Positions 10,391-20,221 of a DNA stretch of 64,000 nucleotides are shown piece by piece. This stretch comes from Spirochaetia bacterium (lineage in GTDB: Bacteria > Spirochaetota > Spirochaetia > DSM-2461): assembly GCA_963666985.2 (NCBI GenBank), contig CAXXIA010000002.1:3040001-3104000 (forward strand). Reading direction: 5' to 3'. The notes beneath the pieces are model-generated. The model had not been told where the DNA came from. It worked only from the letters and a program-made list of their open reading frames with translations, and did not search any database. Positions within the stretch are counted from its first letter, which is position 1. Each line of letters opens with the position of its first letter. The position numbers were made by a program, and so were the translations under genes.

Positions 10391-11167
10391 ATGAGTAATA
10401 AGAAGAAATGGCTGATAGGAACGGCTCTGATCGCGCTGACTTCCGTGTCCGTATTTGCCGCCGGAGTTCCGGAAGGCGACGGAGATTCGGATTTCCGGCC
10501 CGGAAGAAACCGCGCGGCCGTTCCCGGCGAGACAAATGGTGATGCCGACTCTTCCGTTAATCCCCGTTTTGGCCGCATTCCCGCGGCGAATCGAGGAGAA
10601 GGTCGGTTGGTCGGAGAGGATATTGAACTCGATACTTATGAGGGCACTTTCTCCATGGTTGAAGGCCGATATCCGGCTTTGGTAACCCCCAAGGGCGAGA
10701 CTTTTTATCTGATGCCGCATTTTCCCTTAACGGCGGATCAAATTCCCGAAGACGGTGCGAAGATTTCCGTACGAACACTTCCCTGTCCGATTTCTCCGGT
10801 TCATCTTGAGGTCTTCGAGGCGGAAATCAACGGTGAAGAATTGATCCCCGACTGGGAAGCGTTTCGAGGCGGACCCGGACGCGGCGCGTTCGCGATGGGC
10901 GGTCCCGGAATGGGCGGCCCCGGCGGATTTGTCGGCAGGCCCGACGCGGGCGGCCCTTATCCGATAACGCCGCCCTGTCCTTATTCTGATCCGTATGAGG
11001 GACGCCGTCATTCCGGGATGCGCGGCGGTGAGGATTGGTATGACGGTTATGGAATGCATGGCGGCCCCGGCCGATTCGGCGATCCTTCCGAAAGCGAATG
11101 GAGAAGACCGCGCCCGATGTGGGGAGGTCCGATTCCCGAGGAACCGTCGGCATCCGAGGCCGAATAA
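10391..11167 (+). CDS. Secreted Gly/Pro/Met-rich hypothetical protein, likely accessory partner of the two-component system
   Basis: GGAGG RBS, signal peptide MSNKKKWLIGTALIALTSVSVFA, compact central domain, long GGPG/GMGG-rich C-terminus. Confidence 0.7.
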   Translation: MSNKKKWLIGTALIALTSVSVFAAGVPEGDGDSDFRPGRNRAAVPGETNGDADSSVNPRFGRIPAANRGEGRLVGEDIELDTYEGTFSMVEGRYPALVTPKGETFYLMPHFPLTADQIPEDGAKISVRTLPCPISPVHLEVFEAEINGEELIPDWEAFRGGPGRGAFAMGGPGMGGPGGFVGRPDAGGPYPITPPCPYSDPYEGRRHSGMRGGEDWYDGYGMHGGPGRFGDPSESEWRRPRPMWGGPIPEEPSASEAE

Positions 11168-11303
11168 TCGGAGCCGTTCGATACGGTAATGATGGAACGG
11201 AGTTTTTGGCGATAATATAAAAGGCGCGGCGCCCGGGTTGTTGACTCCGCCGGAGAGGCAAGTCTCCCGGGCGCCGGCTTTGCCGGTCGAGGCGGAGGTG
11301 CGC

Positions 11304-12008
11304 ATGACCATCCTGGTTGTCGAAGATGAAACACAGCTGAATAAAATGATTCGGGATTATCTGGAAACCCTCGGATGGTCGGTACTCGGCGCCGAGAGCG
11401 GAACGGAGGCTTTGGAATTGTTCCGAACCGAATCACCCGATTTCATTCTGCTCGATGTGATGATGCCGGGTCTTGACGGTCTTGATGTTATTCGCAGAAT
11501 CAGGGACGCCTCGGATGTTCCGGTGATATTCATCACGGCCATGGCCGAAGAATCCGATAAGCTCATCGGCCTGGAACTCGGGGCGGACGATTACATCACG
11601 AAGCCGTTCAGTCTGAAAGAAATGGCCGCCCGCATCCGCACGGTGATGCGGCGAGTCGGTAAAACGGCGGAAGAACCTATGGAACAGCCTGTTTTGAAAA
11701 ACGGCGATTTGGTTTTGGACCCGGAGCGAAGGTACGCCGAATCGGCGGGCCGGCCTTTGGATCTGACGGCCGTGCAGTTCGATATTCTGCATGGATTTAT
11801 GCGGCATCCCGGGCGTGTTTTCACACGGACGGAAATCCTGGAATTTTTTCAGGACCACGCATGGGAAGGGTATGAGCGGACCATTGACGCTCATGTGAAA
11901 AACATCCGCAAAGCGCTGGAGCCCGATCGGGATAATCCCAAGTATCTGCAGACGGTTCGCGGCGTGGGCTACCGGCTCACGGATGCCGGAGCACATGCGA
12001 AATCATGA
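11304..12008 (+). CDS. OmpR-family response regulator (BaeR-like)
   Basis: ILVVEDE, LLDVMMPGLDG, GADDYITKPF, RTIDAHVKNIR, TVRGVGY; GGAGG before ATG 11304. Confidence 0.92.
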   Translation: MTILVVEDETQLNKMIRDYLETLGWSVLGAESGTEALELFRTESPDFILLDVMMPGLDGLDVIRRIRDASDVPVIFITAMAEESDKLIGLELGADDYITKPFSLKEMAARIRTVMRRVGKTAEEPMEQPVLKNGDLVLDPERRYAESAGRPLDLTAVQFDILHGFMRHPGRVFTRTEILEFFQDHAWEGYERTIDAHVKNIRKALEPDRDNPKYLQTVRGVGYRLTDAGAHAKS

Positions 12009-13471
12009 GGATTCCGCTTCGGATTAAGATCCTCGCCTCATTCGCCCTTATCGTACTGTTGTCCATCGGTACCGCCGTAGGAGCGGGAAATCGGCTGACT
12101 CGGGTTCGTTTCGACGACTATTCTTACCGGCGCGACGTGGCGAGAGCCTCCTTTCTGGCCACCATGCTGACCGATTGGCTGATCGGCATGCGGGATGGGA
12201 CGAATACCCGCCCTCCTTTTCCCATGGAGCCGCCTCCGAGTCCTGAAAAAACATCCCAGATGCGCGGCAGGGAAGAGTCTCAGTTCATGGATCGAATGGC
12301 GGGTAAACATGGAGGTCCGGGGCCTATGGGCTTCGATCGCATGGTTGTTACCGATGTTCAAGGGAACGTCCTTCTGGATACCACGGGTGAAAATCGGAGA
12401 ACGCTCTCTCCGAGTCTTTATGAAAATGCCGTTATTCGGGATAACGCGGAAGTGCTCGGTTATCTTTATGTCGGGCGAATGATTCCGGACTTAACGCAGA
12501 ACGAGGATGTTTCTTTTTTCAGGGCCGTCGGAATCGCCACGTGGGGAATCGCCGCGGCGGTATTTATTATGGCCATGATTCTGGGAGTTCTCCTAACCCG
12601 GCATATCGTAAGTCCCATCATGAAGCTCAACGCGGCGGCCCGTTCCGTGGGAAACGGTGATTTGGCGGTCCGTGTTCCTTCCGCGAGACGTGATGAACTG
12701 GGAGAGCTTTCACGCGAGTTCAACAATATGGCCTCGTCTTTGGAATCGGCTGAGGAGAGCCGGCGGCGATTCATTGCCGATTCGGCTCATGAATTGAGAA
12801 CTCCTGTGAGTCTTATCCGAACCCGGATAGAGATGATGGAAGAAGGGATTTATCCTTTTGATTCGGAAAATCTTGCGGCTCTTTCGGCCGAAACCGAAAG
12901 GCTGAATTCACTGGTGGAACAGTTGCGAACCCTTTCCGATCTGGAAGCTCGGGAGTCCGGCGGAACATCCGGTTCGGATAACGGCGTGATGGAGAATCCC
13001 GTGCCGGTGGATTTGTCGGAACTCGCCCGCGAAGCCGTCGCCGCGGCTGAGCCCGCGTTGCGAAAAAGATCGGTAACGGCCGATATCCGAACCGAAGGAA
13101 ATCCCTTAAATCCCCGCGGCGATCGGGACGGGCTTTACCGTTTGGTTGTGAATCTTTTGAGTAATGCGATCAGACACGCCTCTTCGCGTGTTCTTATCGG
13201 CATCGAAGAGGTTCCGTCGGCGCGGGGTGAAGAAAAAAAACGTGTTCGGCTTGTCGTCGAGGACGACGGACCGGGGATTCCCGAGGATCGTCTGAATCTT
13301 ATTTTTGAACGGTATTACCGTCTGGATGCCTCCCGGAGCCGAGACGCGGGCGGTTCCGGTTTGGGATTGGCCATCTGCCGGGGCATTGTTCGGAATCACG
13401 GCGGCGGCATCCGGGCCGGACGGTCGGAATCGCTCGGCGGAGCGTCTTTTACGGTGGAACTTCCGCTTTAA
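12005..13471 (+). CDS. Sensor histidine kinase (BaeS-like; HAMP-HisKA-HATPase)
   Basis: Two TMs, HAMP, SAHELRTP, NLLSNAIRH, DDGPGI, GSGLGLAI; ATGA overlap with the regulator. Confidence 0.92.
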   Translation: MRIPLRIKILASFALIVLLSIGTAVGAGNRLTRVRFDDYSYRRDVARASFLATMLTDWLIGMRDGTNTRPPFPMEPPPSPEKTSQMRGREESQFMDRMAGKHGGPGPMGFDRMVVTDVQGNVLLDTTGENRRTLSPSLYENAVIRDNAEVLGYLYVGRMIPDLTQNEDVSFFRAVGIATWGIAAAVFIMAMILGVLLTRHIVSPIMKLNAAARSVGNGDLAVRVPSARRDELGELSREFNNMASSLESAEESRRRFIADSAHELRTPVSLIRTRIEMMEEGIYPFDSENLAALSAETERLNSLVEQLRTLSDLEARESGGTSGSDNGVMENPVPVDLSELAREAVAAAEPALRKRSVTADIRTEGNPLNPRGDRDGLYRLVVNLLSNAIRHASSRVLIGIEEVPSARGEEKKRVRLVVEDDGPGIPEDRLNLIFERYYRLDASRSRDAGGSGLGLAICRGIVRNHGGGIRAGRSESLGGASFTVELPL

Positions 13472-13553
13472 GAGACGGACCGAAACATTCTTCGATTTCG
13501 GTCGGAACGCAGCGGCCGCCGAACCGACGGTGTTCACTCTCCGCTTGGATATC

Positions 13554-13575
13554 TTTCGGCCGGTATCGGCCGAAA
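13554..13575. terminator. Hairpin between convergent genes
   Basis: TTTCGGCCG-GTAT-CGGCCGAAA perfect stem. Confidence 0.5.
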
Positions 13576-13593
13576 TGAAAAACGATTTTCAAA

Positions 13594-14487
13594 TCAGACC
13601 GGAGTATGCCGCCCGTTTTCTTTAAGGCAATCCACAAGTTTCTTAATGTTCGGATTAGGGTTGGAACTCAGCCAGACAGCCACAACATCGGAGCTCTCGC
13701 TGTTCGGCAAAGGAATAACGCGGATGCTTCTGTCGGTTTCAAGCCGTGTATTTCTATCCAAAACCGTTATACCGATTCCTGTTTCCACATAGAAAAGCAG
13801 ATTGTCCAAAGAATCCGCGAGCCGGACGATATTCGGTTCAAATCCTTGTTTTTTGCAGAAATCCAGCAGTTGATTATAGCCGCCGACGCTTTCTTCCGGA
13901 GAAATGGCGACAAAAGGCGCGTTATGGAAATCGCTCAAATCGGAAAAAGGGCTCTCACGGCTTACAAAGAGCGCTCCTTCCTGTGTTTTCAGCGTTTGAC
14001 ACATCAAATCGGGATTGCCGCAGATATCGAACGAAAGGGTGATTATCATATCCAGCCGATAAGATCTGAGCGCCTCCCTCAGTCTGGAAAATCCGTATCG
14101 TTCCAATTTGTATTGAAGATCGGGATAAAGCCGGGAGAACTTGTTGAAACGTTCGATAATTTCTCCGTGGAGGCTTTGTCCCGCCAAGAGGCCTATGGTG
14201 AGATCGCCCGTATCTCCGCGGTCCAGAGCGCGTGTGGTTTCGAAGATTTGTTCAAGATTTCTCGGCAGTTCTTTTATCTGTTCATAAAGATATTGACCCG
14301 CTTTCGTCAGCATGATCGACCGGCTGGTGCGGATGAAAAGTTTTACGTCCAGTTCGCATTCCAGAGATGATATCTGCTTTGAAATATTCGGCTGGGATGT
14401 ATAAAGATGCTCCGCGGCCTTTGTGAAGTTACCATGTTCCGCGGCTCCGACAAAATAGCGAAGTTTGGTTATATCCACCGCCATCAT
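13594..14487 (-). CDS. LysR-family transcriptional regulator
   Basis: LRYFV..AEHGNFTKAAEHLYTSQPNISKQISSLE..L.VKLFIRT HTH; divergent from the MFS gene. Confidence 0.92.
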   Translation of the reverse strand: MMAVDITKLRYFVGAAEHGNFTKAAEHLYTSQPNISKQISSLECELDVKLFIRTSRSIMLTKAGQYLYEQIKELPRNLEQIFETTRALDRGDTGDLTIGLLAGQSLHGEIIERFNKFSRLYPDLQYKLERYGFSRLREALRSYRLDMIITLSFDICGNPDLMCQTLKTQEGALFVSRESPFSDLSDFHNAPFVAISPEESVGGYNQLLDFCKKQGFEPNIVRLADSLDNLLFYVETGIGITVLDRNTRLETDRSIRVIPLPNSESSDVVAVWLSSNPNPNIKKLVDCLKENGRHTPV

Positions 14488-14642
14488 CCCTTAAGTGCGG
14501 AATCGTATTCAGCAGTCTCTTTGAGTCCGATTTTAATCCATAACCAAATGGAATGGAAAGAAGAAAAAATAGATATTGGTCAACTGATGAGCCGCCATTA
14601 TACGATATTGAATAAATTTTTATTTTAAAGAGGTGCTGCGAT

Positions 14643-15947
14643 ATGGCCGCTGCAAAGTCCAAAGGCTTTGGAAAGAAGGGGTGGGTTATTCTTCTTCTGA
14701 CATTCTTCAGCGTTCTGATTAACTCCATGATTATTTATGACTCGCTGAACGTTACCATCGGTGCTTTTGCATCAAGATTGAATCTTCAAAATCCCAGTCT
14801 CCTTTATGTCTTTTCCACCATCGCCGCATGGATCAGCGTGCCGGGAGCCGTTTTCTTCGGATGGCTCAGCGGCCGGAAATCCTGCAAATACGCCTGGGGT
14901 ACCGCTCTGTTCATCAACGCGGCGGCCACGCTGCTCTGGAGCTTCAGCAGCTTTACCGGACTTTATTTTATCTGTATCGCCGTCTGCAATATTTGCGGGA
15001 TGGGCTTCGGGTACATTGCGAGTCTTAACGTTATATCGAATTGGTATCCCACCAAAAAGGGACTGGCCATGGGGTTTGTAACCATCGGATTCCCTTTGTC
15101 CGCGACCATTGCCACCCCGCTGTGCTCCGCGCTTCTGAACGGAATCGGTCTTTCCGGTATTTATTACCTCTTCACGGTGGTCTGTGTTGTTTTAGGCATC
15201 CTGGTGTTTGCTCTGGTTAAGGATTATCCGGAGCAGTCGGGTGCGTTTCCGGACAATAACATGGAGTTCGACCGGGACGAAGCGGACAGGCGGCTTGCCG
15301 CAGGTCTGGAATACAGAAAAACATCCGTTTGGCAGCCTAAGGAATTTTTGAAGAGATCCAATGTCTGGAAAATCATATTCTCGCTGGGCGTTATGGAACT
15401 CTTTTCTCTCGGTGTTATGACGAACTTCGTACCCCGTATGGCCCAAATCGGCTACACGGTTGCCGATTGTACGCCGATGCTGGCCTGCGCCGGTTTGGTT
15501 GCCTGCATAGGCTCCTACCTCTGCGGTGTTCTCGATTCCAGGGTCGGACCGAAAAGGGCCGTGATTATTACGTTCCTGTTCGGAATTTTTTCTTTGGCCA
15601 TGAACATTGCCGGCGGTTACGTGAAGCTGGCCGGTCATGAAACCGCGGCGTATATCATGATTTTTGCCGCCCAGCCGTTTTTGGGTGTTATGCTGGGCGG
15701 AGCCGCCAACTATCTGGTTTCCATTATTTCCACCATCTGGGGCCGCTTCGACTTTGATAACGGATACCGTGTGATGAAGCCCGCCGTAGCGGTTATCGGC
15801 GCTCTCGGCATTACCATCTGCGGTGCCGTCGGCAATACCCTGCCCATGGGATACACCTATGCCTACGCGCTGTTGTGCGTACTGTGCATTATCGCCGTTA
15901 TCGTGGCATCGAGAATTAATGATGCCTATGTCGGCAAAGAAGACTGA
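14643..15947 (+). CDS. MFS transporter
   Basis: About 12 hydrophobic segments, ISNWYPTKKGLAMG, GVLDSRVGPKRA motif. Confidence 0.88.
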   Translation: MAAAKSKGFGKKGWVILLLTFFSVLINSMIIYDSLNVTIGAFASRLNLQNPSLLYVFSTIAAWISVPGAVFFGWLSGRKSCKYAWGTALFINAAATLLWSFSSFTGLYFICIAVCNICGMGFGYIASLNVISNWYPTKKGLAMGFVTIGFPLSATIATPLCSALLNGIGLSGIYYLFTVVCVVLGILVFALVKDYPEQSGAFPDNNMEFDRDEADRRLAAGLEYRKTSVWQPKEFLKRSNVWKIIFSLGVMELFSLGVMTNFVPRMAQIGYTVADCTPMLACAGLVACIGSYLCGVLDSRVGPKRAVIITFLFGIFSLAMNIAGGYVKLAGHETAAYIMIFAAQPFLGVMLGGAANYLVSIISTIWGRFDFDNGYRVMKPAVAVIGALGITICGAVGNTLPMGYTYAYALLCVLCIIAVIVASRINDAYVGKED

Positions 15948-16010
15948 TTTCATGAGGCTCATTCATAAACATAATGGAGGAATGAGCCTCACATTCTGGA
16001 AGGAAACAAT

Positions 16011-16952
16011 ATGGCTTTGAAAATCTTAGGAATCTCCGGCGGCTCCAAAAACGGCGCCAATGACGCTATGTGCCGCGAGGCGCTGATGGGGGCACAAGAA
16101 TCCGGTGCGGACATTGAATTCATCCGTCTGCTCGATATCGATCTGAAACCCTGTACCGGATGCATCGCGTGCGTGAACAACATGATGTCCGGAGGCAACG
16201 GCGACTGTGTCATCAAAGACGACTTCAAATGGCTGGAAGAGAAGATTCTCGACGCCGATGGAATCGTTTGGGCCATGCCCATTTTCGAAAAGGGATCTCC
16301 CGGGGTTATGCATGTGGTTCAGGATCGAATGTTCGGCCCCACGCACGATCCGGGAATGTCCATCGTATCAACAGAGATTGCAAAGAAAACCGGCGGTCCC
16401 GGTCCCGATCGGCGCAAGATGAGAGCCCGTCCCATGAGTTTTATTTCCATCGGCGGATCGGACTGGAATACGCGGGTCAGCTGCGACATGAACATGCTTT
16501 CCATGGCTGCCGGATGGAAAACCATCGACGATTTGGTCTTTCCCTGGTCGAAATCCATTATTCTCGACGATAATGCGGTGGAAAAGTGTCATACGGTCGG
16601 ACGGAATATTGCCGGGGCCGCCGCTGATTTTGAGAACGCGGAATATAAAGGTGATCCGGGCTGCTGCCCCAACTGCCACAGCCGCAATTTTTATCTGGGA
16701 GCCGACGGCAAGGCTATCTGCGTGATTTGCGGAATCATCGGAGACATCGTTTTTAAAAACGGTCAATATTCCTTTACATTCCCGGCGGAACAGATGGAGC
16801 ACGCGCATAATCTGATACCCGGTAAAATGATTCATATGCAGGATATCGGCAAATACGAAGGACGCCTTGCCGAACAGAAGAAAACGCCCGAATTCAAGGA
16901 ACGGGTAGGGAAATATAAGGATTTTATTCAGGCTTCCAAGCCCGAAAAGTAA
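16011..16952 (+). CDS. Flavodoxin-like / iron-sulfur flavoprotein (NADPH-dependent FMN reductase family) with Cys-rich C-terminus
   Basis: KILGISGGSKNG, CTGCIAC...C, C-terminal CPNC...CVICG. Confidence 0.8.
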   Translation: MALKILGISGGSKNGANDAMCREALMGAQESGADIEFIRLLDIDLKPCTGCIACVNNMMSGGNGDCVIKDDFKWLEEKILDADGIVWAMPIFEKGSPGVMHVVQDRMFGPTHDPGMSIVSTEIAKKTGGPGPDRRKMRARPMSFISIGGSDWNTRVSCDMNMLSMAAGWKTIDDLVFPWSKSIILDDNAVEKCHTVGRNIAGAAADFENAEYKGDPGCCPNCHSRNFYLGADGKAICVICGIIGDIVFKNGQYSFTFPAEQMEHAHNLIPGKMIHMQDIGKYEGRLAEQKKTPEFKERVGKYKDFIQASKPEK

Positions 16953-16977
16953 TAAGTGAGGCTTTCTAAAAATACTA

Positions 16978-17017
16978 GACTCGAAGGTGTGTTCCGATTC
17001 GGCGGGTCTTTTTTTTA
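16978..17017 (+). terminator. Possible intrinsic terminator/attenuator inside the cassette
   Basis: AGACTCG...CGGGTCT stem (G-U allowed) followed by a T-run. Confidence 0.35.
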
Positions 17018-17054
17018 TGAGAGCCTCTTCAGATAAGGAGTAACGGATTTATAT

Positions 17055-18110
17055 ATGAAAGCATTGGCTTTGTACGGCCCTAAAGATTTGAGACTGGAGG
17101 AACGGCCCGTTCCTCATCCGGGTCCGAATCAAATGGTTGTTAAAATTGATTATGTCGGTATTTGCGGTACGGACGTGGAATTCTATGCAGGCCACTATCC
17201 CCCCTTCGTTCGGCTTCCCATGGTGCTTGGCCACGAAAACGCGGGTACCGTAGTGGAACTCGGGGAAGGCGTGACGGATTTTAAAGTCGGTGACAAACTT
17301 CTTTGCGGACCGCCCTCGGCCTGTGCCGAGATGTGTCCTTCCTGCAGGGAGGGCAAAACCAATATCTGTATCAACGGCTTTCCCAATACGGCCGGCATCG
17401 GCGGTCCGGACGGCGGATACTGCGAGTATTTCCTGATCCGCGATGTGGCTCATACCATGCTGATAAAAGTGCCTGAAAACGTGGATATGAAAGACGCCGT
17501 TCTCTTTGATGTTATCTGCGTGGCGCTTCACGGAATCCGTATTTCCCGGTTTAAAATCGGAGACAACGTGGTGGTGAGCGGTACCGGTTCCATCGGCCTT
17601 TCCGCCATTCAATTTCTGAAAGCCGGCGGCGCAGACAAAATCGTCGTTCTCGGTACCTCCGATGAAAAAGAGCCCGTCCTCAGGCAATATGGAGCGGATC
17701 ATTTCATCAATTCCAAAAAATGCGAGGACATAGGCGGAGAAATCAGGAAATTCTTCGGCTCATCCGTGGGCGCGGATGTTGTGTTTGAGTGCGCGGGCAA
17801 TCCGATCAGCTTCAACAACTGTGTCTCTCAATGCGTTAAACCGGGCGGGCAGGTGGTTGTTTTGGGAACCATTAATGAGTCCTTCCCCTTTTCACCCGGA
17901 GCCTTTTCCATCTTTGAACCCGATATTCAGTTCAGTTTCGTTTATACCGAAGAAGAGGTGAACATGTACCTCCGGATGCTCGCGGGCGGAAAAATCTCTT
18001 TCCCGGGAATGGTTACCGGTATCGTCGGTCTGGATGAAGCCGTGGAGAAGTATATCGGAGCTCCAAGCCGCAAGGGGCATCTGAAAGTTCTGATCGATCC
18101 GAGTTTGTAA
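17055..18110 (+). CDS. Zn-dependent medium-chain alcohol dehydrogenase
   Basis: GICGTD, GHE, structural Zn C..C..C...C, GTGSIG. Confidence 0.9.
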   Translation: MKALALYGPKDLRLEERPVPHPGPNQMVVKIDYVGICGTDVEFYAGHYPPFVRLPMVLGHENAGTVVELGEGVTDFKVGDKLLCGPPSACAEMCPSCREGKTNICINGFPNTAGIGGPDGGYCEYFLIRDVAHTMLIKVPENVDMKDAVLFDVICVALHGIRISRFKIGDNVVVSGTGSIGLSAIQFLKAGGADKIVVLGTSDEKEPVLRQYGADHFINSKKCEDIGGEIRKFFGSSVGADVVFECAGNPISFNNCVSQCVKPGGQVVVLGTINESFPFSPGAFSIFEPDIQFSFVYTEEEVNMYLRMLAGGKISFPGMVTGIVGLDEAVEKYIGAPSRKGHLKVLIDPSL

Positions 18111-18120
18111 GGGGAATCGC

Positions 18121-20037
18121 TTGAAAGAATATCCTCATGTCTTTTCACCCATTCGGGTGGGAAACGTTGTTCTGAAAAACAGAATCATATCCGCTCCCAG
18201 CACGATACACAGCTCTTCCTCCGGTCAGCCTTATCCTACCGATGAAGGTATCCGCTTCTTTGAACAGCGGGCCATCGCCGGTGCGGGCCTGGTAACCTGC
18301 GCGGGAGTCAGCCTCGGCGGTGCCTTCAACGACGGACTTCATTGCTCTTGGGATTTGAAGATGGGCAATAAAACCAACCGTCTGGTGGAGCTGACCGAGC
18401 GAATCCATCTTTATGGCGCCAAGTGCACCATGGAACTTATCGGCGTGTTCCCGGACGGTTATACCGTTTCGGACGGCTGTTCCATCATGGGTTCTCCTCC
18501 CATCGGGAGGGAAATCCCCAAAGAGAAGATGGAATGGTTTAAGAATGAGTATATCGAGGCCGCCTTCACTCTGAAGAAAACAGGCTTTGACGGTGTTCTT
18601 CTTCACTTCGGGCACAGCATTCCCATCGCTCAGTTTTTCAGTCCCTATACCAATAAGCGTACCGACGAGTACGGAGGTTCCACGGAGAACCGCACCCGTT
18701 ATGCTTTGGAGATTCTGCAAGGGATTCGACAAGCCTGCGGTAGGGATTTTCTTATCGATGTCCGCATTTCCGGGGATGAGTTTCAGAAAGGCGGCATCGA
18801 CATTGAGGAAGGTCTGCGTATCGCGGAAATCCTGCAGAATCACTGCGACATCCTTCAGGCCAGTGCCGGAATGCATAATCCTGACTGGATGACATGGACC
18901 CATCCCTGCGGTTTTCTTCCGCCCAACCCCAATGTTTATATCGCTGAGAAATGGAAACAATCCGGGAGGATTAATCAGTGCCGTATATCCACGATTGGGG
19001 GCATTACGAAGCTTTCGGACTGTGAGGAAATCCTGGCGCAGAACAAGGCTGATTTTGTTGTTGTGGCGCGGCAGTTTTTTGCCGATCCCGACTGGATTCA
19101 AAAATCCCTGGATGGGCGCTCTGAAGACGTGGTGCCTTGCATCAAATGCATGCGCTGCCATGATTCGGATAATTATGCCCAGCACCTTTTATGCGCCGTG
19201 AATCCCCGATGCGGCATGGAAGCCTCGGTGGCGAAGGTCCCGCCGGCAACTGTTCGAAAGAAAGTCGCCGTTATCGGCGGCGGGCCCGCGGGCATGTCCT
19301 GCGCTCTGGAGGCCGTTGAGCGCGGCCATGATGTCACGCTTTTCGAAAAAGAGTCCGTTCTGGGCGGTTTGCTTTCCTATGCCGACCATGTCGGGTTTAA
19401 ATGGCCGCTTGCCTATTATAAAAATTGGCTGATTGATCAGATTCAAAAAAGCCCGGTGACCGTTAAGATGAACTGCGAGGCCGCCCCCGAGATGATCCGG
19501 GGTTTTGATTCGGTTATTGCCGCGGTGGGATCGGAGCCCGTTGTTCCCAAAGCCATTCCCGGAGTGGAGCATGCGCGTATCGCATCCGCTGTCTACGGGC
19601 GGGAAAAAACGCTCGGCAAACGTATCACCGTAATCGGCGGCGGACAGGTCGGTTTGGAAACCGCCGTGCACCTGCAGCGTCTCGGGCATGATGTTACGAT
19701 CCTCGAAATGCTGAGCCAGCTTGCCGGCGATGCTTCCGCGACGCACCGCGACGAGCTTCTTGTCGAGGCGCGCAATCATGCCGAGAACATTCACGTTATT
19801 CTGGAAGGAACGTGCACGGAAATAAGGCCCTGCGCGGTTCTCTATGAAAAAGACGGCCTGGCGGAGGAAATCCCCGCCGATGATATTCTGCTGGCCGTCG
19901 GACAGCGTTCCAGGCGGGAATTGGCCGACAGCTTTATGAACTGCGCCGATGATTTCTTTGAAATCGGCGACTGCGTGAAGGCGCGGACTCTTGAATGGTG
20001 TACGAAAGAGGGGCTTTATGCCGCGCTGAATCTGTAG
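18121..20037 (+). CDS. NADH:flavin oxidoreductase (Old Yellow Enzyme TIM barrel + Fe-S + FAD domain)
   Basis: LKNRII, NKRTDEYGGS.ENR.R, CIKCMRC...CAVNP, VIGGGPAG, IGDC; TTG start. Confidence 0.9.
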   Translation: MKEYPHVFSPIRVGNVVLKNRIISAPSTIHSSSSGQPYPTDEGIRFFEQRAIAGAGLVTCAGVSLGGAFNDGLHCSWDLKMGNKTNRLVELTERIHLYGAKCTMELIGVFPDGYTVSDGCSIMGSPPIGREIPKEKMEWFKNEYIEAAFTLKKTGFDGVLLHFGHSIPIAQFFSPYTNKRTDEYGGSTENRTRYALEILQGIRQACGRDFLIDVRISGDEFQKGGIDIEEGLRIAEILQNHCDILQASAGMHNPDWMTWTHPCGFLPPNPNVYIAEKWKQSGRINQCRISTIGGITKLSDCEEILAQNKADFVVVARQFFADPDWIQKSLDGRSEDVVPCIKCMRCHDSDNYAQHLLCAVNPRCGMEASVAKVPPATVRKKVAVIGGGPAGMSCALEAVERGHDVTLFEKESVLGGLLSYADHVGFKWPLAYYKNWLIDQIQKSPVTVKMNCEAAPEMIRGFDSVIAAVGSEPVVPKAIPGVEHARIASAVYGREKTLGKRITVIGGGQVGLETAVHLQRLGHDVTILEMLSQLAGDASATHRDELLVEARNHAENIHVILEGTCTEIRPCAVLYEKDGLAEEIPADDILLAVGQRSRRELADSFMNCADDFFEIGDCVKARTLEWCTKEGLYAALNL

Positions 20038-20221
20038 CGGATTGATGGACGAATTCCCCTCGGCCGGGTAAGCCGGGCTTTGGAGCCGGGAACGATACCG
20101 GCCGAGGCGAATCTCAATAACGAAGAGAGACTGCGATGATAACAGGACGGCTAAACATCGGCCGAGGGGCGATAGGGGGTCATCCTCAAAAAAGACGTTT
20201 GAAATAGTGTAAAATGTTTCC

